This document shows positions 47,623 to 56,984 of a DNA stretch of 64,000 nt, in pieces. Made by a program: the position numbers and the translations under genes. Numbering within the stretch: position 1 is the first letter of the stretch; each line of letters starts with the position of its first letter. Where the stretch lies: the NCBI GenBank assembly GCA_045612225.1, contig JAZKYP010000015.1:34125-98124 (forward strand), given 5' to 3'. This stretch comes from Candidatus Enterocola sp. (GTDB lineage Bacteria > Bacteroidota > Bacteroidia > Bacteroidales > Paludibacteraceae). Below the pieces are notes generated by a model. That model was not told where the DNA came from. It saw only the letters and a list, made by a program, of their open reading frames with translations, and ran no database searches.

Positions 47623-48999
47623 TTATAATAACCATTTAATGTACTTAAACAGTGTGTACGGCATGTAGCGGAATGGAACGTCGAGCCATGTTGGGGTGTA
47701 GATGACGGTGCGTTTGTGTGAGAACGCTGTGAAACTGTCTTTGCCGTGATAGCAACCAAGACCAGAATTTCCTACGCCACCAAATGGTGAGTTCTCATTT
47801 GCAATATGCATAATGGTGTCGTTAAGACAAGCACCACCAGAGGTACATCTTTTAATTGCTTCCCAACCATTTTTCTTTTCTCCGAAATAGTAAAACGCTA
47901 GTGGCTTTGGTCTTTGGTTTACAAACTCTAGTGCCTCTTTTTTGTCTTCAAATTCTATGATTGGTAGGATAGGACCAAAGATTTCGTTGCTCATTACAGG
48001 TGAGTCTAGGTCGGTAACTTTAAGTAGAGTAGGCTCTATGTAGCGTTCCTTCTCGTCGGTGCTTCCACCTAGTAAAATTTCGCCATCTTTTAAATACGAA
48101 GATATGCGGTTAAATTCTTTAGAATTTACCATTCGCACAAAGTGGGCGCTTGATTTCACATTTTCGCCGTGCATTTTCTTTAAGTTTGCTTTAAAGCGTT
48201 TTACAAACTCTGCTGTTTTGCTTTTGTGTATTAAAACATAGTCTGGAGCAATACAAGTTTGACCAGAATTCAATGTTTTACCCCAAGAAATACGACGTGC
48301 TGCCATTTCTATATTTGCAGTGTCGTCTATTATACAAGGGCTCTTTCCGCCAAGCTCAAGGACTACAGGAGTAAGGTGTTTTGCAGCGGCTGTCATCACA
48401 GTTTTGCCAAGTGAAGGGCTACCTGTAAAGAAGATGGTGTCAAACTTCAAGTCTAGTAATTGACCGTTTACTTCTCTGTTGCCTTGCACCACTGCAATAT
48501 AAGATTTTTCAAAGGTTTCTTTAATCATTTGCTCCAGTACAGTAGAAACTGTTTCTACGTATGGAGAAGGTTTAAGAATGGCAGTACAGCCTGCAGAAAT
48601 TGCCCCAACTAGTGGGTTAAGTAGAAGTTGAACAGGGTAGTTCCAAGGAGCAATAATCAAACTATTGCCAAGTGGCTCTTGTACTTGATATGTGCAAGAA
48701 GGGAATAGTTTAAGTGGAGTTTTCACATATCTTTTCTTGCTCCAAGAGCGTACATGACGAATGTGATTTTTAATTTCACCAAGCACAATGCTTATCTCGG
48801 TAAGATACGCCTCTTCATAACTTTTATGAAGGTCTTTGTAAAGTGCTTCACTTAGTGGTTTTTCCCATTTAATGATTGCTGAATAAAGTTTTTTCAGCAT
48901 CGCTTTACGAAATTTAATGTCGTAAGTGGCGCGGGTAGCAAAGAATTCTTGTTGTGCGGTGTGAATGCGATTGATAGTCGCTTTTTCAGTATTTATCAT
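47623..48999 (-). CDS. NAD(P)+-dependent aldehyde dehydrogenase (ALDH3-like)
   Basis: 458 aa with ELGGKSP and the catalytic Cys context GQTCIAPDY. Confidence 0.88.
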   Translation of the reverse strand: MINTEKATINRIHTAQQEFFATRATYDIKFRKAMLKKLYSAIIKWEKPLSEALYKDLHKSYEEAYLTEISIVLGEIKNHIRHVRSWSKKRYVKTPLKLFPSCTYQVQEPLGNSLIIAPWNYPVQLLLNPLVGAISAGCTAILKPSPYVETVSTVLEQMIKETFEKSYIAVVQGNREVNGQLLDLKFDTIFFTGSPSLGKTVMTAAAKHLTPVVLELGGKSPCIIDDTANIEMAARRISWGKTLNSGQTCIAPDYVLIHKSKTAEFVKRFKANLKKMHGENVKSSAHFVRMVNSKEFNRISSYLKDGEILLGGSTDEKERYIEPTLLKVTDLDSPVMSNEIFGPILPIIEFEDKKEALEFVNQRPKPLAFYYFGEKKNGWEAIKRCTSGGACLNDTIMHIANENSPFGGVGNSGLGCYHGKDSFTAFSHKRTVIYTPTWLDVPFRYMPYTLFKYIKWLL

Positions 49000-49013
49000 T
49001 GTTTATTAAATTT

Positions 49014-49050
49014 AAAAAGAGGAATCTTATTAGGGGTTAAGATTCCTCTT
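49014..49050 (-). terminator. Rho-independent terminator after trxB (minus strand)
   Basis: Stem AAGAGGAATCTTA / TAAGATTCCTCTT. On the minus strand it is followed by TTTTT. Confidence 0.8.
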
Positions 49051-49065
49051 AGTTTATAAAATTAT

Positions 49066-50007
49066 TTACTTCAAGCCTTGGTGTAGCAAATAACGTTCCG
49101 CCTCAATAGCTGCTTTGCAACCACTGCCAGCTGAGGTGATAGCTTGGCGGTAGATAGGGTCGGCTACGTCGCCTGCTGCGTAAACACCTTCCACAGAAGT
49201 AGAAGCAGAATTGTTTTTGGTTACGATATAACCTTGTTCGTCTGTTTCGATATAGTCTGCAAACACTTTTGAGTTTGGCTGATGGCCAATAGCTAGGAAG
49301 AAACCATCGATGTCGATGTGTACGTTTTCTTCCGTTTCTTCACCTTTGTTTTTCACTAGGTCTGCACCATCTAGGTCAAATTTTCCTGTTAAACCAAGGG
49401 TTTGGTGTTTGAATAGTACAGTGATGTTTTCTTTGTTTAAAACTCTTTCTTGCATTACTTGAGAAGCACGAAGCACGTCGCGACGCACAATCAAATAAAC
49501 TTGTTTGCATAGGGTAGAAAGGTAAAGTGCTTCTTCACAAGCAGTGTCGCCACCACCTACAACAGCCACTGTTTTCTTTCTATAGAAGAAACCATCACAT
49601 GTGGCACATGCAGATACACCAGCACCGCGTAGTCTAGCTTCGTCTGGAAGACCAAGATATTTGGCAGATGCGCCAGTGGCAATAATTACTGTGTGTGCTT
49701 CAAGTGTGGTTTCGCCATCGATAACCACTTTCTTTGGAGAGCAAGAGAAATCTACTTCGGTAGCAATACCTGTGCGAATTTCTGTTCCGAAACGAAGCGC
49801 TTGTTTTCTAATATCTTCCATCATTTCTACACCAGAAGTGCCTTCTGGATAACCTGGGAAGTTTTCAATATCTGTGGTAGTGGTAAGTTGACCACCAGGT
49901 TGAATACCTTCGTAAACCACAGGGTTTAAACCGGCTCTAGATGCATAAATTGCAGCTGTTAGTCCTGCAGGACCTGTGCCTAAAATAAGACATTTAATTA
50001 CACTCAT
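49066..50007 (-). CDS. trxB: Thioredoxin-disulfide reductase
   Basis: 313 aa with FAD motif GTGPAGLTAA, redox-active CATCDG, and NADPH motif GGGDTACEEA. Confidence 0.93.
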   Translation of the reverse strand: MSVIKCLILGTGPAGLTAAIYASRAGLNPVVYEGIQPGGQLTTTTDIENFPGYPEGTSGVEMMEDIRKQALRFGTEIRTGIATEVDFSCSPKKVVIDGETTLEAHTVIIATGASAKYLGLPDEARLRGAGVSACATCDGFFYRKKTVAVVGGGDTACEEALYLSTLCKQVYLIVRRDVLRASQVMQERVLNKENITVLFKHQTLGLTGKFDLDGADLVKNKGEETEENVHIDIDGFFLAIGHQPNSKVFADYIETDEQGYIVTKNNSASTSVEGVYAAGDVADPIYRQAITSAGSGCKAAIEAERYLLHQGLK

Positions 50008-50013
50008 AGTATT

Positions 50014-50658
50014 TTATCTAAGGTCTATAAGCATTGCTTTTGGATATTTGTTTAGGTCAAATTCCAAGTCTGATGCTGTATAGTTTAAGTTTGTTTTTAG
50101 TTTAGTAATATTTATGGTACTAACCATACCATTTTTATTGTGTGTGCTCACGCCAACTGGTTCGTAGGTTTTAGCATCTACAGAAATTGAAGTTTTAAAG
50201 AATGGGTCTTCTATATTTTCTGGGAAAAGACTCACTACTGCAATTTCTCTGTTTCCTTCTGTTTTAAACTCAGGTGCTATTACTTTATAACCTTTTTTAT
50301 AACCTCCTAAAATAGATGTAGGGTCCATTCCTTGAATTTCTTCTGGAGCAGGAGCAGAAACGGTAATCTCGTTGGCTTGTTTGTTGTAAACGTAAAGATA
50401 CTTGCCGTCAAATGTCATATTTGCCATTGATGTTTCTAAAACGAAGGCGTTGCCTTTTGTTTTTAAAGTACCTTTAATGCTGTTTGCAGTGCCACTCTGA
50501 CCGTCTTCAAGTTCTATTTTTAAACTTAGTTCTGTGCCAGTAGAGTTTTTGTAGATGTTAGACATTTTGTCTAAAATTTCCATAGACTTTTCATCTATTT
50601 GGCAGAATGCTGCTGTGGCAATAAATAAAAATGCGATTAAACTAAATACTTTTTTCAT
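50014..50658 (-). CDS. lolA: LolA-like outer-membrane lipoprotein carrier protein
   Basis: 214 aa with a signal peptide. Size and position next to trxB fit the Bacteroidota lolA-trxB arrangement. I did not verify a strong motif. Confidence 0.6.
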   Translation of the reverse strand: MKKVFSLIAFLFIATAAFCQIDEKSMEILDKMSNIYKNSTGTELSLKIELEDGQSGTANSIKGTLKTKGNAFVLETSMANMTFDGKYLYVYNKQANEITVSAPAPEEIQGMDPTSILGGYKKGYKVIAPEFKTEGNREIAVVSLFPENIEDPFFKTSISVDAKTYEPVGVSTHNKNGMVSTINITKLKTNLNYTASDLEFDLNKYPKAMLIDLR

Positions 50659-50659
50659 A

Positions 50660-51253
50660 TTATTTCTTTTTTTGAACTGACCATCCGAATTTTCCTATTT
50701 TATGGCCTAAACCATAATATTGACCATGACTATAGGCTAAAAGTTTAGCAGCTTCTAGGTCGAATGCGTCTGTTTCTGGATTTATGTATTTAGCATCTGC
50801 TTGCACGTTTACCACTTTGGCAATAAACATATCGTGAGTTCCTAATTCTTTTACTTCTACCACTTCACATTCTATATTTAGTGGAGATTCTTTAATAATA
50901 GGAGCGTTCACCATTTGTGCCTTTTCGGCTGTAAGCTTCATTTCTGCAAACTTATTGTAGTCTTTACCACTTCTCACACCGCACCAGTCTGTGGCGTATG
51001 CCATATCTTCTGTGGTAAGGTTTAGTACAAAGCAACCACTGCGTTTGATAATATCATATGAATGACGTGATTTTCTCACAGATATATAACACATAGCAGG
51101 GTCTGAACATATTGTACCAGTCCAACTTACAGTAAGGATGTTATATTCGGCTTCATTTCCTCCACAACTTACCATTAGGGCTGGAAGAGGGTAGATAAGT
51201 GTGCCTGGTTTCCATTGAAGTTTGCCAGAAGGGCTAATATTTTTTTCTTGCAT
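50660..51253 (-). CDS. Flavin reductase family protein (FMN-binding split barrel)
   Basis: 197 aa. The pattern LPALMVSCGG...NILTVSWTGTICSDPAM...HSYDIIKRSGCFVLN is typical of flavoredoxin / flavin reductase-like domains. Confidence 0.7.
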   Translation of the reverse strand: MQEKNISPSGKLQWKPGTLIYPLPALMVSCGGNEAEYNILTVSWTGTICSDPAMCYISVRKSRHSYDIIKRSGCFVLNLTTEDMAYATDWCGVRSGKDYNKFAEMKLTAEKAQMVNAPIIKESPLNIECEVVEVKELGTHDMFIAKVVNVQADAKYINPETDAFDLEAAKLLAYSHGQYYGLGHKIGKFGWSVQKKK

Positions 51254-51705
51254 TATTTTAAAATTAAGTCTTCTGCTTTAATATATCTTTCGCAATAGTG
51301 ACATTTCACAGTGCGGTCTTGTTTATTAACTATGTGGAAATGTGTGGTAACATTTTGTTTGTTTGTGATACACATAGGGTTTACGCACTGAAGAATTTCG
51401 TACACTTCATCTGGCATCACGCATTCGTTTTTCTCTACCACTTGGTAGTCTTTAATAATGTTGATGCGAGCGTTTGGTGCAATTAAAGCAATTTTATTAA
51501 GTTCTTGTGGGTCAATATATTTGCCAGAAATCTTAATAACACCTTTTTTGCCTAACTTGTTACTATCTAGGTTGTTACCAATAGTAATTTGGTCAGAAAT
51601 AGTATCTAGATGAAGGATGTTTACTATTTGGAATAATTTGTCGGCAGGAATATGGTCTATTACAGTACCATTTTCTAGTGCTCTTACTACTAATTCTTTT
51701 TTCAT
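51253..51705 (-). CDS. pyrI: Aspartate carbamoyltransferase regulatory subunit
   Basis: 150 aa with GTVIDHI and the C-terminal zinc motif CVNPMCITN...CHYCE. Confidence 0.9.
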   Translation of the reverse strand: MKKELVVRALENGTVIDHIPADKLFQIVNILHLDTISDQITIGNNLDSNKLGKKGVIKISGKYIDPQELNKIALIAPNARINIIKDYQVVEKNECVMPDEVYEILQCVNPMCITNKQNVTTHFHIVNKQDRTVKCHYCERYIKAEDLILK

Positions 51706-51717
51706 CTTCTTTGTTTT

Positions 51718-52620
51718 TTAAACAAGTCCTAAAATATCGCAAATAACAGCTTGACGAGCAAATACACCATTACGAGCTTGTTCAAAATAGTAAGCTTTTG
51801 GATTGTCATCTACGTCTTCTGAAATCTCGTTGACACGAGGAAGTGGGTGAAGGATACGTAGGTTGTCTTTGCTGCCGTCTAGCATGCTGTTGTGTAGGGT
51901 ATAGGTGTTTTTCACTTTTTCATATTCCACAAGGTCGGTGAAACGTTCTTGTTGCACACGAGTCATATATAGAATATCGGTTTCTTTTAGTATCTCATTC
52001 ATATCTTCTAGTTCTCTGAATGGGATATTGTGTTTTTTGCAATAGTCTATATATTGTTCTGGCATTTGTAATTCTTTTGGAGCAACAAAGTTAAATGTTG
52101 GGTTAAAGAAACGCATAGCCATTAGTAGTGAGTGCACTGTGCGACCATATTTTAGGTCACCTACCATACTTAGGTTTAAACCTTCTAGAGTGCCTTGGGT
52201 TTTCTTGATAGAATAAAGGTCTAGCATGGTTTGAGTAGGGTGTTGGTTGGCACCGTCGCCTGCGTTAATCACTGGCACAGATGAAACTTCAGATGCTAAT
52301 CTTGCTGCGCCTTCTACTGGGTGACGCATAATGATTAGGTCTGCGTAGTTGCTCACCATTTTAATAGTGTCTTTAAGGGTTTCACCTTTTGAAGAACTTG
52401 ATGTTGCAGCGTCTGAGAAACCGATAACTCTACCGCCTAGTCTGTTTACTGCTGTTTCAAAGCTTAGGCGTGTGCGGGTAGATGGCTCGAAGAATAGTGT
52501 TGCAACAAGTTTGCCGTCTAGCAGTTTGTTGTTTGGGTTTTGTTCAAACTTTTCTGCTAAATCTAATATGCGTAGTATGTATTCTTTACTGCAATCTGAT
52601 ATAGATACTAGACTTTTCAT
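51718..52620 (-). CDS. pyrB: Aspartate carbamoyltransferase catalytic subunit
   Basis: 300 aa with the motifs [17 protein letters not shown] and LHPLPRV. Confidence 0.93.
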   Translation of the reverse strand: MKSLVSISDCSKEYILRILDLAEKFEQNPNNKLLDGKLVATLFFEPSTRTRLSFETAVNRLGGRVIGFSDAATSSSSKGETLKDTIKMVSNYADLIIMRHPVEGAARLASEVSSVPVINAGDGANQHPTQTMLDLYSIKKTQGTLEGLNLSMVGDLKYGRTVHSLLMAMRFFNPTFNFVAPKELQMPEQYIDYCKKHNIPFRELEDMNEILKETDILYMTRVQQERFTDLVEYEKVKNTYTLHNSMLDGSKDNLRILHPLPRVNEISEDVDDNPKAYYFEQARNGVFARQAVICDILGLV

Positions 52621-52632
52621 AATAGTGCTCTC

Positions 52633-53874
52633 TTATACTAGTTTGTGGATTACTAATCCTGAACGTAGTTTTGGTTCAAACCATGTGGTTTTTGGAGGCA
52701 TGATGTTGCCAGTGTCTGCAATGTCGATAAGTTGTTTCATTGAAACAGGATATAGAGCAAGAGCCACTTTCATTTCGCCGCTGTCAACACGTTTTTTAAG
52801 TTCGCCAAGACCACGGATACCGCCTACGAAGTCGATACGTTTGTCGCTTCTTAGGTCTTTAATACCTAGGATTTCGTCTAGGATTAGGTTTGAAGAGATT
52901 GTTACGTCTAACACGCCGATAGGGTCGTTGTCGTTGTATGTACCTTCTTTTGCTGTTAGAGAGTACCATTTGCCACTTAAGTAAAGTGAGAAATTGTGAA
53001 GTGCGTTTGGTTTGTAGATTTCTTCACCCATTTCTTTCACGTCGAAGTTTGCTTCTAGTGCTTTTAGGAATTCTTCGTCAGAAAGTCCGTTTAAGTCTTT
53101 TACTACGCGGTTGTAGTCGATAATGTTTAGTTGGTTATCTGGGAAACAAACTGCTAGGAAGTAGTTGTATTCTTCATCACCAACGTGATTTGGGTTTTGT
53201 TTACGTTTTTCGTCGCCTACTAGAGCAGCTGCTGCACTACGGTGGTGACCGTCTGCAATGTACATTGCTGGGAACTGAGCGAAGATTTCTGTGATGCGAG
53301 CAATTGTAGCTGCGTCGTCGATTACCCAGAAGTGGTGACCGAAACCATCAGGAGCAACGAAGTCGTATTCAGCTTCGCCAGCCACAACTTTAGCCACGAT
53401 AGCATCTAGTTCGTCTTGGTGAGGGAATGCAAAGAACACTGGTTCGATGTTTGCATTGTTCACGCGAACGTGTTTCATACGGTCTTCTTCTTTGTCTCTA
53501 CGTGTAAGCTCGTGTTTTTTTATTTTGCCTGTCATGTAGTCTTCTACTGCTGCGCAAACAACAAGACCATATTGTGTTCTTCCGTTCATGGTTTGTGCAT
53601 AAACGTAGTATTTGTCTTCTGCGTCTTGTACTAACCAACCATTGTCTTGGAATTTTTGGAAGTTTTCTGCAGCTTTTGCATAAACTCTTTCGTCGTGTTC
53701 GTCTGTACCAACAGGGAAGTCAATTTCTGGCTTAATGATGTGGTATAGAGATTTTTCGTTACCTTCTGCTTCTGCGCGTGCTTCTTCAGAGTTTAATACG
53801 TCGTATGGACGAGAAGCTACTTGTTCTACAAGTGCTTTTGGAGGACGAATGCCTTTAAATGGTTTTACGATCAT
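52633..53874 (-). CDS. DUF1015-family protein
   Basis: 413 aa. The N-terminus MIVKPFKGIRP...VASRPYDV and YIADGHHR are characteristic of DUF1015. Confidence 0.75.
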   Translation of the reverse strand: MIVKPFKGIRPPKALVEQVASRPYDVLNSEEARAEAEGNEKSLYHIIKPEIDFPVGTDEHDERVYAKAAENFQKFQDNGWLVQDAEDKYYVYAQTMNGRTQYGLVVCAAVEDYMTGKIKKHELTRRDKEEDRMKHVRVNNANIEPVFFAFPHQDELDAIVAKVVAGEAEYDFVAPDGFGHHFWVIDDAATIARITEIFAQFPAMYIADGHHRSAAAALVGDEKRKQNPNHVGDEEYNYFLAVCFPDNQLNIIDYNRVVKDLNGLSDEEFLKALEANFDVKEMGEEIYKPNALHNFSLYLSGKWYSLTAKEGTYNDNDPIGVLDVTISSNLILDEILGIKDLRSDKRIDFVGGIRGLGELKKRVDSGEMKVALALYPVSMKQLIDIADTGNIMPPKTTWFEPKLRSGLVIHKLV

Positions 53875-53878
53875 AATT

Positions 53879-54541
53879 TTATATGTTTAAGTTATTTATG
53901 TTTACTGCCGAAAGTTTTTCGCGTTTGCCGGGAGGGCCGGGTAGGCGGTGTACGGTGAAGCCTGCTTGTTGCAGATTGCGGCGTACATATCCTTTGGCAC
54001 AATAGGTGGTAAGGATAGCCTCTTTGTTGCAATGCGAAAAAATCTTTTCAAAGATTTCTAAAGACCAAAGTTCTGGTTGTTTTTCTGGTGAAAACGCATC
54101 GTAATACACCACGTCGAACATATAATCCTTAAGGTCTAGAGAGCAAAAATCGCCATTTATTTTTACAATCTCAAAGTTACTGCAAATTTTTGAATTTTCA
54201 CCCCATTTTGCTGCATGAAGTTTCAACAAAATGTCTTTTTTTTCTGGAGCAAGAATTTCTGCGTAGTTTAGCCCCTCGGCTTGCTCCAAAGAGATAGGGT
54301 AGAGTTCCACTGTGTAGTAATAGATTTTCTTGTTTGTTTTCTCGGCTTCGAGTAGTGTGAGAAAGGCGTTTAGACCCGTTCCAAAACCCATTTCAAGTAT
54401 GTGAATTTCATCTTTTTTGCACTCATAAAAGCCATCTTTTATAAAAATATGCATGCTCTCCTGTATAGCCCCATGAGTAGAGTGATAATATTCACCAATT
54501 TGCTCATTGTATAATGTTATAGAACCGTCTTCTGTGATCAT
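53879..54541 (-). CDS. mnmD: tRNA (5-methylaminomethyl-2-thiouridine) methyltransferase, MnmD/MnmC C-domain-like
   Basis: 220 aa with the motifs YHSTHGAIQES, SAM motif ILEMGFGTGLN, and YYDAFSPEKQPELWS. Confidence 0.75.
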   Translation of the reverse strand: MITEDGSITLYNEQIGEYYHSTHGAIQESMHIFIKDGFYECKKDEIHILEMGFGTGLNAFLTLLEAEKTNKKIYYYTVELYPISLEQAEGLNYAEILAPEKKDILLKLHAAKWGENSKICSNFEIVKINGDFCSLDLKDYMFDVVYYDAFSPEKQPELWSLEIFEKIFSHCNKEAILTTYCAKGYVRRNLQQAGFTVHRLPGPPGKREKLSAVNINNLNI

Positions 54542-54606
54542 GTTGTTTTGTATTTTGTAATTTAACTTTTATCCCCCTCTAAACCACAAAAGTAAATAAA
54601 AATTAT

Positions 54607-54614
54607 TATCTTTG
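54607..54614 (+). promoter_or_regulatory. Putative -7 promoter box for argS
   Basis: TATCTTTG, about 20 nt upstream of the ATG at 54634. Confidence 0.5.
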
Positions 54615-54633
54615 CGGTCATTATTAAAGAATT

Positions 54634-56418
54634 ATGGAAAAAGATTTAATTTTATCTGTAAAAAATGCGGTACAAGCATTGTACGGGGCAGAAATTGGTG
54701 ATGCGCAAGTAACTCTTCAAAAGACAAAGAAAGAGTTTGTTGGTGACTGGACATTAGTGTGCTTTCCACTGCTAAAAATTTCACGTAAAAATCCTGCGGT
54801 TACTGCAGAAGAAATAGGTGCATATTTAAAAGAAAATGATTCAAAAATTTCAGATTACAATGTAATCAACGGTTTCTTGAATCTTTCTATCAATGCAAAT
54901 TCTTGGGTAGACCTTCTAGAAGGTATTTCTAAAGATGAGAAATTTGGTTTCAAAGAAGTAACTGAAAATTCTCCACTTGTAATGATAGAGTATTCTTCTC
55001 CAAATACCAATAAACCACTTCACTTAGGTCACATTAGAAACAACCTTTTAGGCTATAGCCTTTCAGAAATTATGAAGGCTAACGGTTACAAAGTAGTGAA
55101 AACCAATATTGTAAACGACCGTGGTATTCACATTTGCAAATCTATGCTTGCATGGCAAAAATTTGGCAACGGTGCTACACCAGAGTCTATTGGTAAAAAA
55201 GGTGACCACCTTGTAGGTGACTATTATGTGGCGTTCGACAAAGCTTATAAGGCTGAAATTAAAGAACTTATGGCTGGCGGTATGGACGAAGAGGAAGCTA
55301 AAAAAGAAGCTCCACTTATGAAAGAAGCTCAAGAAATGCTACGTAAATGGGAAGCAGGTGATCAGGAAGTTCGCGCTCTTTGGAAAACCATGAACGACTG
55401 GGTTTATGCTGGTTTCGACGAAACATACAAACGCCTAGGTGTTGATTTTGACAAAATTTATTATGAATCAGATACATACCTTGTAGGTAAAGAAAAAGTA
55501 CTTAGCGGTCTTGAAAAAGGTCTATTCTTCAGAAAAGAAGATGGCTCTGTTTGGGCAGATATGACAGACCAAGGTCTTGACCAAAAACTTCTTCTTCGTG
55601 CCGACGGTACTTCTGTGTATATGACTCAAGATATCGGTACTGCTACACTTCGTTTCTCAGATTTCCCAATCGACAAAATGATTTATGTGGTAGGTAACGA
55701 ACAAAACTATCACTTCCAAGTGCTTTCTATTCTTCTAGACCGTCTTGGTATGGAGTGGGGTAAAGATCTAGTTCACTTCTCATACGGTATGGTGGAACTT
55801 CCAGAAGGTAAAATGAAGAGCCGTGAAGGTACTGTAGTGGATGCTGACGACCTTGTAGAAGAAATGGTTGGTACTGCAACAGAAATTTCTAAAGAACTTG
55901 GTAAACTTGATGGCCTAACAGAAGAAGAAATCTCTTCTATCTGCGAAATGATTGGTCTTGGTGGTCTAAAATACTTTATCCTTAAAGTGGACCCTCGCAA
56001 AAATATGACCTTCAACCCAAAAGAGTCTATCGACTTCAATGGTAACACAGGTTCTTTCATTCAATATACACACGCTCGTATCTGTTCTGTGCTTCGTAAA
56101 GCTGCAGAACAAGGTATAGCACTTGCAGAACTAAACAAAGATATTGAACTAAAAGAAAAAGAAGTATCTCTAATTCAAGCTCTAGCAGCATTTCCAGCAG
56201 TAGTTGCACAAGCTGGTAAAGAATACAGTCCTTCTTTAATTGCAAACTATACTTACGAACTTGTTAAAGAATACAACCAATTCTATCACGACTTTAGCAT
56301 CCTTAAAGAAGAAAACGCAGACCTTAAAAATATGCGTTTAGTGCTTTCTGCAAATGTTGCGAAAGTGATTAAGGCGGCGATGTCACTTCTTGGTATTCAG
56401 GTACCAAGTAAGATGTAA
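54634..56418 (+). CDS. argS: Arginine--tRNA ligase
   Basis: 594 aa class I aaRS with a HIGH region (PLHLGHIRN), a KMSKS-like GKMKSREG, and a C-terminal DALR anticodon-binding domain. Confidence 0.95.
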   Translation: MEKDLILSVKNAVQALYGAEIGDAQVTLQKTKKEFVGDWTLVCFPLLKISRKNPAVTAEEIGAYLKENDSKISDYNVINGFLNLSINANSWVDLLEGISKDEKFGFKEVTENSPLVMIEYSSPNTNKPLHLGHIRNNLLGYSLSEIMKANGYKVVKTNIVNDRGIHICKSMLAWQKFGNGATPESIGKKGDHLVGDYYVAFDKAYKAEIKELMAGGMDEEEAKKEAPLMKEAQEMLRKWEAGDQEVRALWKTMNDWVYAGFDETYKRLGVDFDKIYYESDTYLVGKEKVLSGLEKGLFFRKEDGSVWADMTDQGLDQKLLLRADGTSVYMTQDIGTATLRFSDFPIDKMIYVVGNEQNYHFQVLSILLDRLGMEWGKDLVHFSYGMVELPEGKMKSREGTVVDADDLVEEMVGTATEISKELGKLDGLTEEEISSICEMIGLGGLKYFILKVDPRKNMTFNPKESIDFNGNTGSFIQYTHARICSVLRKAAEQGIALAELNKDIELKEKEVSLIQALAAFPAVVAQAGKEYSPSLIANYTYELVKEYNQFYHDFSILKEENADLKNMRLVLSANVAKVIKAAMSLLGIQVPSKM

Positions 56419-56419
56419 T

Positions 56420-56449
56420 AAAAAAGGCAACCAAACGGTTGCCTTTTTT
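56420..56449. terminator. Bidirectional terminator between argS and the HD-domain gene
   Basis: AAAAAA, then stem GGCAACC-aaac-GGTTGCC, then TTTTTT. Confidence 0.85.
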
Positions 56450-56450
56450 A

Positions 56451-56984
56451 TTACATAAACATCCTATACCATTCGTCGAACTGCTCTATGTATAGTGGAT
56501 CATGCTTCGCGAGTGACGCTTTTACTCGTTCGAGTGGTTTCTCCTCGGCGAGGTGAGTTTTTGAGAAGAATTTATCGGCAAAACATATAATTTGTTCTTC
56601 AAGTGAGATAGGGTAAAGCACTTTGTCTAGCGGAAGGGGCAGATTTCTTTCTTTAATAGAGGTGGGTGTGAGACCGCAGCCAGTGTGGCGTTCTGCAATC
56701 TTGGCGTGCTCTTCAAGGCCTTCTGCACGCAAAATCTCTGCTCCCAAAATGCCATGACAAATGTATTGCTCGGTGCCGTAGCAGTGTATGCCAGGAGCAT
56801 CACAGCGCACCACGCCTATATCGTGAAGTAGTGCTGCCTCTTCTAGAAACTTTAGGTCAATATTCCACTCAGGGTGTTTGCGAGCAATCTCCAAAGCTTT
56901 AGCAGCCACACTCTCCCCATGACTTATTAAAATTTTTAATAAATCTTCGTTGCCTGCACAATATTTTTCTAAAAGTTTTTTCAT
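56451..56984 (-). CDS. HD-domain phosphohydrolase
   Basis: 177 aa with an HD motif (LLHDIGV) and further His residues (ISHG, ERHTG). Confidence 0.75.
   Translation of the reverse strand: MKKLLEKYCAGNEDLLKILISHGESVAAKALEIARKHPEWNIDLKFLEEAALLHDIGVVRCDAPGIHCYGTEQYICHGILGAEILRAEGLEEHAKIAERHTGCGLTPTSIKERNLPLPLDKVLYPISLEEQIICFADKFFSKTHLAEEKPLERVKASLAKHDPLYIEQFDEWYRMFM

Noticed and set aside
52349-52984. Long shadow ORFs antisense to real genes. Examples are the 211-aa ORF opposite pyrB/DUF1015, 63097-63597 opposite rnfE, 3166-3570, 58050-58475, 15244-15621, and the many 60-130-aa ORFs in the track.
   Set aside because: Each lies entirely inside and opposite a strongly supported, motif-bearing gene. 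Their translations are low-complexity (S/L/P/R-rich) and they have no promoter boxes, as expected for frame shadows in compositionally biased DNA.
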